Below, piece after piece: positions 8,904-18,101 of a DNA stretch of 32,000 bases. The stretch is taken from NCBI RefSeq assembly GCF_035285525.1, contig NZ_JAYKGW010000176.1:1-32000 (forward strand), given 5' to 3'. The translations under genes and the position numbers were made by a program. Origin of the DNA: Okeania sp. GTDB taxonomy: Bacteria > Cyanobacteriota > Cyanobacteriia > Cyanobacteriales > Microcoleaceae. The notes under the pieces were generated by a model. It did not search any database. It was given only the letters and a program-made list of their open reading frames with translations, and had not been told where the DNA came from. Within the stretch, counting starts at the first letter, position 1. Each line of letters begins with the position of its first letter.

Positions 8904-10613
8904 ATGCCTTATAAAATGAACCGTCGTGCCTACGCCGAAACTTATGGCCCAACAGTAGGCGATCGCATCCGTCTAGCAGATACAGAATTATTTATAGAAG
9001 TTGAACAAGACTACACCAGTTATGGCGATGAAGTAAAATTTGGAGGAGGTAAAGTCATCCGGGATGGTATGGGGCAATCTCCTATTTCCAACGCTGATGG
9101 CGCAGTCGATTTAGTTATCACCAATGCTCTGATTCTCGACTGGTGGGGTATCATTAAAGCAGACATCGGCATCAAAGAGGGAAAAATATTTAAAATTGGT
9201 AAAGCAGGCAACCCCTATATCCAAGACAACGTAGATATAATCATTGGTCCAGGTACTGAAGCGGTAGCAGGAGAAGGCATGATTTTAACTGCCGGTGGTA
9301 TTGATTCTCATATCCATTTTATTTGCCCCCAACAAATAGAAACAGCGATCGCTTCTGGTATCACAACTATGCTGGGGGGTGGCACTGGTCCAGCAACAGG
9401 CACTAATGCCACCACCTGCACTCCTGGTCCCTGGAATATTCATCGGATGTTACAAAGTGCAGAAGCTTTCCCAGTAAATTTAGGTTTCCTGGGTAAAGGC
9501 AATAGTAGTCAACCCCAAGGATTAGTGGAACAAGTATTAGCTGGAGCAATGGGATTAAAACTCCATGAAGACTGGGGAACAACACCTGCTACCATTGACA
9601 CTTGTTTAAATGTTGCGGATGAATATGATGTGCAAGTTGCTATCCACACAGACACCTTGAACGAAGCTGGGTTTGTAGAAACCACCCTAGCAGCTTTTAA
9701 AAACCGGGCGATTCACACTTACCACACTGAAGGCGCTGGAGGCGGTCATGCTCCTGATATTATCAAAGTATGTGGTCAAGCAAATGTGTTACCTTCTTCT
9801 ACTAACCCGACTCGTCCCTATACTGTTAATACTTTGGAAGAACATTTGGATATGTTGATGGTGTGTCATCACCTAGACCGCAATATTCCTGAAGATGTGG
9901 CTTTTGCTGAATCTCGGATTCGTCGGGAAACTATTGCTGCCGAGGATATTTTACATGATTTAGGAGCATTTAGCATGATTGCTTCTGACTCTCAGGCCAT
10001 GGGGCGAGTCGGAGAGGTGATTATGAGAACTTGGCAAACTGGTCATAAAATGAAAGTTCAGCGCGGACCTTTGAGTGGGGAGTCTGGAGAAAATGATAAT
10101 TTACGAGCTAAACGTTATGTGGCAAAATATACGATTAATCCAGCTATAACTCATGGTATTGCTGAGTATGTGGGTTCTGTAGAAGTGGGAAAATTGGCAG
10201 ATTTATGTTTGTGGCGACCTGCTATGTTTGGGGTGAAACCAGAAATTGTAATTAAGGGAGGAGTTATTGCTTATGCTCAAATGGGAGATGCAAATGCTAG
10301 TATTCCGACTCCGCAACCAGTCATAATGCAGCCAATGTTTGGTAGTTTTGGAGGAGCGATCGCTGCTACTTCTTTGACTTTTGTTTCTCAAGCTGCCCAG
10401 GAAACTGATATTGCTAGTCAACTGAAGTTAAGTAAGTCAGTAGTGGCGGTAGCAAATACTCGAAACATTGGGAAACGGGATATGAAATTAAATGATGCTT
10501 TGCTAGAAATAGAGGTTAACCCGGAAACTTATGAAGTTAGAGCGGATGGTGAGTTGTTGACTTGCGAACCTGCAACAGTTTTACCGATGGCACAGCGATA
10601 TTTTCTGTTTTAA
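8904..10613 (+). CDS. ureC: Urease alpha subunit
   Basis: 569 aa with [73 protein letters not shown] and [11 protein letters not shown]. Confidence 0.97.
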   Translation: MPYKMNRRAYAETYGPTVGDRIRLADTELFIEVEQDYTSYGDEVKFGGGKVIRDGMGQSPISNADGAVDLVITNALILDWWGIIKADIGIKEGKIFKIGKAGNPYIQDNVDIIIGPGTEAVAGEGMILTAGGIDSHIHFICPQQIETAIASGITTMLGGGTGPATGTNATTCTPGPWNIHRMLQSAEAFPVNLGFLGKGNSSQPQGLVEQVLAGAMGLKLHEDWGTTPATIDTCLNVADEYDVQVAIHTDTLNEAGFVETTLAAFKNRAIHTYHTEGAGGGHAPDIIKVCGQANVLPSSTNPTRPYTVNTLEEHLDMLMVCHHLDRNIPEDVAFAESRIRRETIAAEDILHDLGAFSMIASDSQAMGRVGEVIMRTWQTGHKMKVQRGPLSGESGENDNLRAKRYVAKYTINPAITHGIAEYVGSVEVGKLADLCLWRPAMFGVKPEIVIKGGVIAYAQMGDANASIPTPQPVIMQPMFGSFGGAIAATSLTFVSQAAQETDIASQLKLSKSVVAVANTRNIGKRDMKLNDALLEIEVNPETYEVRADGELLTCEPATVLPMAQRYFLF

Positions 10614-10650
10614 GAAGGAAGAGGGAAGAAGGAAGAAAATTGCTGTCAAA

Positions 10651-10671
10651 GGGGTTTGGAGACCAAACCCC
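10651..10671. repeat. Compact GGGGTTTGG-AGA-CCAAACCCC hairpin just downstream of ureC (possible terminator-like structure)
   Basis: 9-bp perfect stem located 38 nt after the ureC stop. No clear T-run follows. Confidence 0.5.
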
Positions 10672-10860
10672 TACAAGGTTAAATTGTACTAATGCTATCA
10701 GGACTAAAGCCACGGGAACCCAGACACCGGGTTTCTTTGCGTTTGGGGGGATACTTTCCGCTAACTTCCTTTGAAACTCCGTGGAAGGAAGTAATTTGAT
10801 TGGTTTCAGGAGATTGCTTCCTATCGTCGCAATGACCGTTTTTAAGGGGATTTTATATTA

Positions 10861-11535
10861 CTAATTTCTTGCTCGTATCATTTGTATTTGTTGACGAAGT
10901 TGCTCTTTTTGTTCTTGAGTTAAAATATCTGCTATTTTTGGGCGTGATGACTCGATGACTTCACGGATTTGAGTTTTTTCGTCTTCAGACACATTTAACT
11001 GCTTAATTACTTCTAGCTTTGGTTGACCTTGTGCAGTCAAAGTTTGGAACTGTTCCTGCTGTTCGGGAGTGAGAATATTTTTAATTTGAGCTTTGATTTC
11101 TCCCTTGACTGACTCCAACTGAGTTTTTTGTTCGGGAGTCATATTAAAATTTTCAACTTCGGCAACAATGATGTGCAGAAGTTGCTCTTTTTGTTCTTCA
11201 GTTAAAATATTTGCCATTCGTTGGCGTAATGACTGCATGATTTTGCGCATTTGAGTTTTTTGCTGTTCAGAGAGATTTAACTGTTGGATTGCTTCTAGTT
11301 TTGCTTCACCTTGTGAAGTCAAAGTTTGAAACTCTTCCTGCTGTTCGGCAGTGAGAACGTTTTTAAATTCAGCTTTGGTTTCTAGCCTGACTTCCTCTAA
11401 CTGAGTTTTTTGTGCGGGAGTCAGATGCAAACTTTGAGGTTGGGCAAGAGCTATCAAAGGATTAGCAAAAAGAACGGTAGCAATAACTCCAAATAATATA
11501 GCCAAAAAACGACGTTTCATTGTGTTTGTTCCCAA
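10861..11535 (-). CDS. Secreted LTXXQ-repeat protein (Spy/CpxP-like periplasmic family), paralog A
   Basis: 224 aa with signal peptide KRRFLAILFGVIATVLFANPLIALA. Two ~95-aa half-repeats each carry four L(T/S)xxQ motifs (LTPAQ, LTAEQ, LSEQQ, LTEEQ / MTPEQ, LTPEQ, ..., LTQEQ). Confidence 0.8.
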   Translation of the reverse strand: MGTNTMKRRFLAILFGVIATVLFANPLIALAQPQSLHLTPAQKTQLEEVRLETKAEFKNVLTAEQQEEFQTLTSQGEAKLEAIQQLNLSEQQKTQMRKIMQSLRQRMANILTEEQKEQLLHIIVAEVENFNMTPEQKTQLESVKGEIKAQIKNILTPEQQEQFQTLTAQGQPKLEVIKQLNVSEDEKTQIREVIESSRPKIADILTQEQKEQLRQQIQMIRARN

Positions 11536-11605
11536 TTAATTTTTTTGATTGAGTGTTTACTTATGTTCTATCCTACGAGTTGCTATCCTCAGATAACCAG
11601 AGATA

Positions 11606-11631
11606 AAAGTCCTAAATTTTTCTGGGACTTT
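11606..11631. promoter_or_regulatory. Inverted repeat AAAGTCC-N12-GGACTTT about 70-95 nt upstream of LTXXQ paralog A (candidate operator)
   Basis: aaagtcctaaatttttctgggacttt. A near-identical site occupies the same position upstream of paralog B (13978-14003). Confidence 0.4.
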
Positions 11632-11640
11632 AGTCTTATT

Positions 11641-11850
11641 TCAGGAGTAGGGGAGTAGGGGAGTAGGGGAGTAGGAAGACAAGGAAGAGGGGGTAGACAA
11701 GGAGGACAAGGGAGACAGGGGAGACAAGGAAGAAAATCTAATGCAAAGTTTTAGATCGAACAGTCTACTACGATAACAGTAGGGACGTTGCATAGCAAAA
11801 ATACTTTTCATGTCGCGCAGCGATACTTCCCTACTGTAGTTCACTAAAAT
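11641..11850. repeat. STRR-like octamer/nonamer tandem repeats plus a fragment of the CAGGACTTACGC-family element
   Basis: (GGGGAGTA)x3-4 at about 11645-11675. GACAAGG-type repeats are the reverse complement of the CTTGTCTTC repeats at 18333-18360. tgtcgcgcagcgatac and agtctactac match the interior of 18102-18432. Confidence 0.7.
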
Positions 11851-11867
11851 GAAAATTGCTATAAAAG

Positions 11868-13109
11868 TTAACTATTCAAACGCACAGGTGAAATCCCAAA
11901 GGCAATCAACCGTGGCGGAATATCCCGCACTACAGGCAACCGCAAAAAAGCAGGAATAGTAAACTGCTGATTTTCATTCAGCGCACGAGCAATAATCCGT
12001 TTTTGAACTAACCCCTGAAACCACTGAATAACTCTGGTGGGAAACTCCCGTTGGCGCTGGACTTCTGCTAAATCCCACAAATGCCAACTTCCACGTTTTA
12101 GGGGCTCACTAAGAATATTTGTTGCTACAACTGCATCTTGAATAGCATAGTTAATACCCACCCCACCCACAGGCGACATGACATGAGCAGCATCGCCAAT
12201 AAGTAATAAACCAGGTCGATACCACTGGGGAAGACGACTAGACTCTACAGACAAAAAAGCAATCTGAGACCAATCTTCTAGTAGATGGGAGCGATGTAGC
12301 TGCCGCTAGGCTCCGCCAACGCTAAATTCTGGGACTAACTCAACCAAAGACTTTCGTAAAAAATCTATACCAGCAGTACGCAGTTTGGCGAAAGCACCCT
12401 TAGAAATCATATAAGCTACTTGCCAGAAATCTGAGCGATCGAGCAAAACTACCATCTTACCATAACCCACACGACCTGATAAACCATCAGCTTCCTCTGG
12501 CTTCTTTGGTAAACGAAACCACATGACATCCATGGGTGGAGAAGTTTTAACGGGATTAAACCCTGCTAACTGACGCATTCGGGAGAAACGACCATCTGCT
12601 CCGACTGTTAATAATGCTCGAACTTCGTGCCAACTTCCATGACTCCGATAACGTACTCCACGCACTACGCCATCTTCTTCGATAATTTCCTGGACGTTTG
12701 CACCCATGATTAAATTAAAATTGGGATACTTTTGTGCCTCAGTGGCAATAAAATCTAAAAATTTAGCTTGTGGCAGGATAGTAATATAAGGATATGGAGT
12801 TTTTAACCGACTGAAGTTAGTGAGAGCAATGTCACCAGTGGGAGAATTTAACTTCAGTGTGCGAGCTTTGGAATGGGGTAACTCTAACAAACGGTCAGCT
12901 AAACCTATTTGTGCCATTATTTCCATGACAGAGGGATGAATAGTATCACCACGAAAGTCGCGGTCAAAGTCTTGATGTAATTCTAACAGAGTAACTTGAA
13001 TACCTTGACGCGCTAACAATAATCCTAATACAACTCCTGCTGGACCAGCACCAACTATACAACAGGTTGTTTGTTGTATATCAATAATTTCATGGGTATG
13101 ATTAGTCAT
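11868..13109 (-). pseudogene. FAD-dependent monooxygenase (UbiH/PHBH-type), interrupted by a single in-frame TAG
   Basis: The N-terminal part has the dinucleotide fold CCIVGAGPAGVVLGLLLARQG and the C-terminal part has LLIGDAAHVMSPVGGVGINYAIQDA. The two ORFs (12306-13109 and 11868-12254) are in the same frame, separated by TAG (12306-12308) plus 17 sense codons. Confidence 0.8.
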
Positions 13110-13238
13110 TTTATTTGAGTATAAAGAGGGAACAGGTAACAGGCAAAAAGAATTGATAATTTATGGATGATAATTGATTTTTGGAAATGTCTAAGTAGGT
13201 AGGTTAAAAATGGATACCAGGCATGAATCTTACTGATA

Positions 13239-13910
13239 CTAACGGTTTCCTCGTCTCATTCCTCTGTGTTTACGAAGTTGCTCTTTTTGTTCTTCAGTTA
13301 AAATATTTGCCATTTGTTGGTGTGATGACTGCATGATTTCCCGCATTTGAGTTTTTTGGTCTTCAGAGAGATTTAACTGCTGCATCAGTTTTCGTCCTCG
13401 TTGACCTTGTGCAGTCAATGTTTGGAACTTTTCCTGCTGTTCGGCAGTGAGAATATTTTCAATTTCAGCTTTGGTTTGTGCCTTGATTTCTTCCCACTGA
13501 GTTTTCTGTTCGGGAGTCAGATTCAAATTTTCAAGTCTTGCATGACCATGACCTCTCTGACGAAACTGCTCTCGTTGTTCTTCAGTTAAAAAACCTTCTA
13601 TTTGTTCGTGCGATGACTCCATTATTTGACGCACTTGGGTTTTTTGTTCTTCAGAGAGATTTAACTGCCAAATTGCTCGTTCTATTCCTTTTCCTTGATT
13701 TTCTGAAGTTAAATTTTGGAACTGTTGCTGTTGTTCTGGAGTCAGAATATTTTGAATTTTAGCTTTGGTTTCGGTTCTGATTTCTTCCCACTGAGTTTCC
13801 TGTTCGGGAGTCAAATTAAAATTTTTAGGATGGGCAATAACTTTCAAAGGATTAGCCAAAATCAGGGTAGCAGCAATGCCAAATAAAAGAGCTAAAGGAG
13901 AACGTTTCAT
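13239..13910 (-). CDS. Secreted LTXXQ-repeat protein (Spy/CpxP-like), paralog B
   Basis: 223 aa with signal peptide LALLFGIAATLILANPLKVIA and eight L(T/S)xxQ motifs in two half-repeats joined by an RGHGHAR linker. A 41-nt stretch is identical to paralog A (13274-13314 = 11178-11218). Confidence 0.8.
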   Translation of the reverse strand: MKRSPLALLFGIAATLILANPLKVIAHPKNFNLTPEQETQWEEIRTETKAKIQNILTPEQQQQFQNLTSENQGKGIERAIWQLNLSEEQKTQVRQIMESSHEQIEGFLTEEQREQFRQRGHGHARLENLNLTPEQKTQWEEIKAQTKAEIENILTAEQQEKFQTLTAQGQRGRKLMQQLNLSEDQKTQMREIMQSSHQQMANILTEEQKEQLRKHRGMRRGNR

Positions 13911-13977
13911 TTTTTATTTGATTAAATATTTACTTAAATCTATCCTACAAATTACCCCTTTCAAATAACTAGAGAAA

Positions 13978-14003
13978 AAAGTCCTAAATTTTTATAGGAC
14001 TTT
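13978..14003. promoter_or_regulatory. Inverted repeat AAAGTCCTA-N8-TAGGACTTT in the divergent region between LTXXQ paralog B and the histidine kinase (candidate operator)
   Basis: aaagtcctaaatttttataggacttt has 9-bp perfect arms and lies 68-93 nt upstream of the 13910 start codon. Confidence 0.4.
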
Positions 14004-14165
14004 AGTCCTATAGTAAGCATTCAGCCCTCAGCTATTAGCTTTCAGCTATTTATTTTAGTTTTAAATAAAGAGCTTATTAATTAAGTTAAAGTTAAATCTT
14101 TAAGGTTGATATATTCTTGCTAATAGCTGTTTTCGCAGCATTATGTAGGAAATAATTACAATTTT

Positions 14166-15455
14166 ATGGTGATGGTTTATACTAAAATTGCGCCCAAATT
14201 AATTCTCTACAAACTTATGATTACTTTCCCAAAAATAGCTAAACATCCTATTCGTTTTTTACTGTATTTAGAATGGATTTTATTGGTAATTATTGCTCTC
14301 AGTCAAATTTTTAAATTTCCTCTATATGGTCATGGTCGCCGAAGACATTTTTTTCATATATTAGAAACATCAAATCTACTCCCTTTCAATCTTTTTCTCC
14401 TGACATTATTTAGCATAATGGGAATATTTTTACCAATGAATAAATCCCGTTACTATAAAATTATTTACACTACTATCGAAATTATTTTAATAATCATTAT
14501 GTCATTCTTGGGGGGTTTGCAATTATCCCCAATTTTATGTGTGATTTTGGTAATTCGGGATTGTTTTATTTTTGTCGGGAAGCAAAATATAATTATTAAT
14601 ATTTTTGTTTTTTCTTTATTTACAGTTATCCAAATTCAAAGATTACAAAAACTGACTAGACTGCCATTATTTGCTAGAGAGAAATTTATCCTAGTTTTAT
14701 TCAGTTCAATAATTATGTTTGGATTATTAATAATTTTTCTCCAGCTATTAGTAAAAGCGGTAATGTCAGAACGAAAAAGTAGAGAAGAATTAGCAATTGC
14801 CAATGAAAAACTAAGACAATATGCTAGAAAAATAGAAAATATTGCTGCTTTAGAAGAACGAAATCGAATTGCTAGAGAAATCCATGATTCTTTAGGGCAT
14901 TATTTAACAGTTTTAAATGTTAATTTAGAGGCAGCTTGGAAACTAAGAAAATCAGAACCAGAAGAATCAATAGAATTTTTGGCAGATGCTAAACAACTAG
15001 GTTCAAAAGCTTTAAATGAAGTGCGTCAGTCAGTAGCAGCTTTACGAGATAATTGCTGGCTAAATCAATCTTTAGAATCAGCGATCGCTAATTTAACAGC
15101 AGATTTTTATAAGTCTACTGGAATTTTACCGACCAGCAATATAACTATTAATTATTCTCTAAATTATGAAGTAAAAATTGCTATTTATCGTATAGTACAA
15201 GAAGCATTAACTAATATTTATAAATATGCCTCAGCTACCACAGTAGAAATTAATATTTTTGCTACTAAAAATTTACATCTAATTGTTCAAGATAATGGCA
15301 AAGGATTCAACTTAAAACAAAATACTACTGGATTTGGTTTACAGGGAATGAGAGAACGTACTTTAGCATTAGGGGGTGAATTGGAAATTTTGACTAATCC
15401 TGGCGCCGGATGTAAAATAATCGCCACTTTTCCATTAGAAGTTGTAAACTCATAA
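14166..15455 (+). CDS. Membrane-embedded sensor histidine kinase, HisKA_3 (NarL/LiaS/DesK-type)
   Basis: 429 aa with about 6 N-terminal TM helices and no obvious periplasmic domain. H-box EERNRIAREIHDSLGH; ATPase motifs QEALTNIYKYA, QDNGKGF, GFGLQGMRER. Confidence 0.9.
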   Translation: MVMVYTKIAPKLILYKLMITFPKIAKHPIRFLLYLEWILLVIIALSQIFKFPLYGHGRRRHFFHILETSNLLPFNLFLLTLFSIMGIFLPMNKSRYYKIIYTTIEIILIIIMSFLGGLQLSPILCVILVIRDCFIFVGKQNIIINIFVFSLFTVIQIQRLQKLTRLPLFAREKFILVLFSSIIMFGLLIIFLQLLVKAVMSERKSREELAIANEKLRQYARKIENIAALEERNRIAREIHDSLGHYLTVLNVNLEAAWKLRKSEPEESIEFLADAKQLGSKALNEVRQSVAALRDNCWLNQSLESAIANLTADFYKSTGILPTSNITINYSLNYEVKIAIYRIVQEALTNIYKYASATTVEINIFATKNLHLIVQDNGKGFNLKQNTTGFGLQGMRERTLALGGELEILTNPGAGCKIIATFPLEVVNS

Positions 15456-15462
15456 TATTAAA

Positions 15463-15666
15463 GCAAGCATTCAGCTATTAGCATTCAGCTATCAGCTTTT
15501 GAATGTGGGAAGTAACAATTAAGGTTAGGTTATTGCCAATTTCATTTCCTAAAGTAAGCATTCAGCTATTAGCTTTTGAATCTGGGAAGTAACAATTAAG
15601 GTGTTGATAATTCTCCTCTAGTGTAATAATGAGTAAATGATAAATAGCTGATGGCTAAATGCTTAC
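15463..15666. repeat. GTAAGCATTCAGCTAT-type repeat cluster filling the kinase-regulator intergenic gap
   Basis: Direct copies lie at 15463-15525 and 15554-15602 (...agcattcagctat.agcttttgaat.tgggaagtaacaattaaggt). An inverted terminus agctgatggctaaatgcttac is at 15646-15666, and a further copy at 14013-14049 is upstream of the kinase. Confidence 0.75.
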
Positions 15667-15675
15667 AAATAAACT

Positions 15676-16326
15676 ATGATTAAAGTCTTATTAGTTGATG
15701 ATGAAAATTTAATCCGCCGTGGATTAAAAGCTTTATTAAAGTTAGAAAATAATTTAGAAATAGTAGGAGAAGCGGACAATGGAGAAACTGCAATAAGTCA
15801 AATAGAAAATCTACAACCAGATGTAGTTTTAATGGATGTCCGAATGCCTATTATGGATGGAGTCGCAGCTACTAAAGAAATTTGTCAGCGTTTTCCAGAA
15901 ATAAAAGTATTAATATTAACCACATTTGATGATGGTGAATATGTTACTCAAGCATTGAGACATGGAGCAGCAGGATACTTATTAAAAGATACACCTTCAG
16001 AAGAATTAGCTCAAGCAATTCAATCTGTATATAAAGGCTATACACAATTAGGACCAGGTATAGGTAAAAAAGTGATTTCTCAGATATCAATTCCTGTTAA
16101 TAACCCTCCTCAAAATTGGCAAAATTTAACACCAAGAGAAATAGAAATTTTACAGTTAATTGCTTCTGGTGCAAATAACCGAGAAATAGCTCAAAATCTC
16201 TACATTTCTGAGAAGACTGTCAAAAATCATATTACTAATATTTTGAGGAGGTTAAATTTGCGCGATCGCACTCAAGCTGCTATTTTTGCCTATTCAATTT
16301 ACAATGGTAAAGTTAGTGATTTATAA
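15676..16326 (+). CDS. NarL/FixJ-family response regulator (receiver + LuxR-type HTH)
   Basis: 216 aa with VLLVDDE, PDVVLMDVRMP, ILTTFDD and LLKD. C-terminal HTH is LTPREIEILQLIASGANNREIAQNLYISEKTVKNHITNILRRL. Confidence 0.92.
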   Translation: MIKVLLVDDENLIRRGLKALLKLENNLEIVGEADNGETAISQIENLQPDVVLMDVRMPIMDGVAATKEICQRFPEIKVLILTTFDDGEYVTQALRHGAAGYLLKDTPSEELAQAIQSVYKGYTQLGPGIGKKVISQISIPVNNPPQNWQNLTPREIEILQLIASGANNREIAQNLYISEKTVKNHITNILRRLNLRDRTQAAIFAYSIYNGKVSDL

Positions 16327-16363
16327 GTATAGCAATACCTAATATAGATTGTCAAATTTTATG

Positions 16364-16428
16364 GTAGGGGTTTGGTCTCCAAATCCCTGATAATTTGGCT
16401 TTTGAGACCAAACCCCTACAGTTTTTTT
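16364..16428 (+). terminator. Long hairpin (GTAGGGGTTTGGTCTC...GAGACCAAACCCCTAC) followed by a T7 run; likely intrinsic terminator of the kinase/regulator unit, built from the dispersed hairpin repeat
   Basis: 16-bp perfect arms (16364-16379 and 16404-16419), then agttttttt (16420-16428). The structure starts 38 nt after the regulator stop. Confidence 0.6.
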
Positions 16429-16520
16429 ACGAATGATTTCTTACTGCTGTAGTTTGATAAAAATTATAGGAATAAGAAAAATTGCTAATTAATTATTAAT
16501 TGTTAATTGTTAATTGTTAA

Positions 16521-17936
16521 TTATTTATTTACCTTTCTTTCTCTCAACTGCAACAATATTTGATCGTGTACTTCCCGCGTAATTGGATATAAATAAGCTA
16601 ACAATAATCCAACTACTAAAAATATAGTAGGTAAAGGACCGATCGCTACCCGAATGGCGAAAAGTGCTGACTCTGGTTGAGTAGGTGTAGGTTGCCCAGG
16701 AATATTTTCAATAAATCCAGCAATATCTAAAGCTATTCCCACTAAAAATAAACCAATAGCTAATCCTATTTTCTGTAAAAAAACCATAAAAGAATAAAAA
16801 ATTCCTTCTCTTCTTTGCCCTGTATTTAATTCATCTAAATCAATAACATCTGGTATCATTGACCAAGGAACTAAATAAGCAGTTGAGATACCAAAACCTG
16901 CTATTACTGCCAAAAAATACATTAAACCAACTTGTCCTGGCTGGATAAAAAATAATCCAATTTGAGCAATTATCCATAAACAAACCCCCATAAAATAAAC
17001 TGCTTTTTTACCTACTTTTTTACTCAGTAAACTCCAGACAAATAACATAATTAAAGCAGTACCTTGAACAGTGATCGCTACTTGGGGAAAAGTCGCTTCT
17101 GGGAGTTTCATCCAGTTAACAACAAAGTAAGGCAAAATCGAAGCTGTTAATTGAACTCCTAACCAAGAACAAAGATAAATTCCGATGACAAATAGAAACG
17201 GACCATTACTAAAAGCCACACGAATTTGTTCAACAATTGGTAAATTAGTATTATTATCTTCTTCTGGTTTTTTATTATTAGAAAGTGTCCGTTTCCGAGT
17301 ACCAAAAAAACACCAATATATAGGTAAAACTGCAATTATGGCACAGACTATACCTAATACTAAATATTGTTGAATAGGATTACCTTTGAAAAGAGAAAAA
17401 ATTAATTGAGCAATAACTAAAGAAAGAATACTACCACCAATAGAAAATGCAAACCTAAAACTATTTAAACTGGTACGTTCATTGTACTCTTGAGTTAGTT
17501 CAGGAGTTAGAGCAGCGTAAGGCAAATTAACAACAGTATAAGCAATATTAAATAGAACACCAATTATGACATAATACCCAAATAAAAAAGACTGATTTGT
17601 GCTAGGAACTATCCATTGTAAAAAAAACAAAATACCAAAAGGAATAGCACCAAAAACCATCCAAGGGTAACGTCTTCCCCAAGGATGAACCGTGCGATCG
17701 CTCATCACTCCAATTATTGGGTCATTAATCGCATCAGAAATTTTTCCAATCATCAAAATACTACCTGCAATACCGGCAGGTAAACCAGCAACATTAGTGA
17801 AGAAATATAGCAAAAAAAATACTTGAACATTAGCACAAATAGCTGGACCTAAGTCCCCAGCACCATAGGCTAATTTTGTCCAAAAACTTAGTTTTTGAGC
17901 TTGCATAGAAGGATTATTCATTGTTCTTGGAAACAA
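16521..17936 (-). CDS. MFS transporter of the glycoside-pentoside-hexuronide (GPH):cation symporter family
   Basis: 471 aa with 12 predicted TM helices. N-terminal signature is YGAGDLGPAI...ISDAINDPIIGVMSDRT...GRRYPW. Confidence 0.85.
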   Translation of the reverse strand: MFPRTMNNPSMQAQKLSFWTKLAYGAGDLGPAICANVQVFFLLYFFTNVAGLPAGIAGSILMIGKISDAINDPIIGVMSDRTVHPWGRRYPWMVFGAIPFGILFFLQWIVPSTNQSFLFGYYVIIGVLFNIAYTVVNLPYAALTPELTQEYNERTSLNSFRFAFSIGGSILSLVIAQLIFSLFKGNPIQQYLVLGIVCAIIAVLPIYWCFFGTRKRTLSNNKKPEEDNNTNLPIVEQIRVAFSNGPFLFVIGIYLCSWLGVQLTASILPYFVVNWMKLPEATFPQVAITVQGTALIMLFVWSLLSKKVGKKAVYFMGVCLWIIAQIGLFFIQPGQVGLMYFLAVIAGFGISTAYLVPWSMIPDVIDLDELNTGQRREGIFYSFMVFLQKIGLAIGLFLVGIALDIAGFIENIPGQPTPTQPESALFAIRVAIGPLPTIFLVVGLLLAYLYPITREVHDQILLQLRERKVNK

Positions 17937-18101
17937 ACCACAAATACATCATACAATTAAACTCAAAAAATGGGGAATAAAAGGAGAATAACTTATAAAA
18001 ATTGCTAAGTATTTAGATGGTAAAATACAGCAAATACTTTAATACTTTTTGCTCATTCCCCATTATTGTATCACCCCATTACCCCATCACCCTGAAAGTA
18101 T

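Noticed and set aside
10562-10774. 70-aa ORF overlapping the ureC 3' end
   Set aside because: It begins inside ureC in another frame and continues through the dispersed hairpin and aaacccggttt-type repeats. It has no coding features.
11641-11844. 67-aa ORF (minus strand) with SLSPLSPLSSLS... repeats
   Set aside because: It lies entirely within STRR-like octamer/nonamer repeats and a MITE fragment. The low-complexity translation is a by-product of the tandem repeats.
14166-16326. Kinase or regulator as pseudogenes because of the 220-bp gap
   Set aside because: Both ORFs are full length with all catalytic and HTH motifs intact. The gap is explained by repeat insertion.
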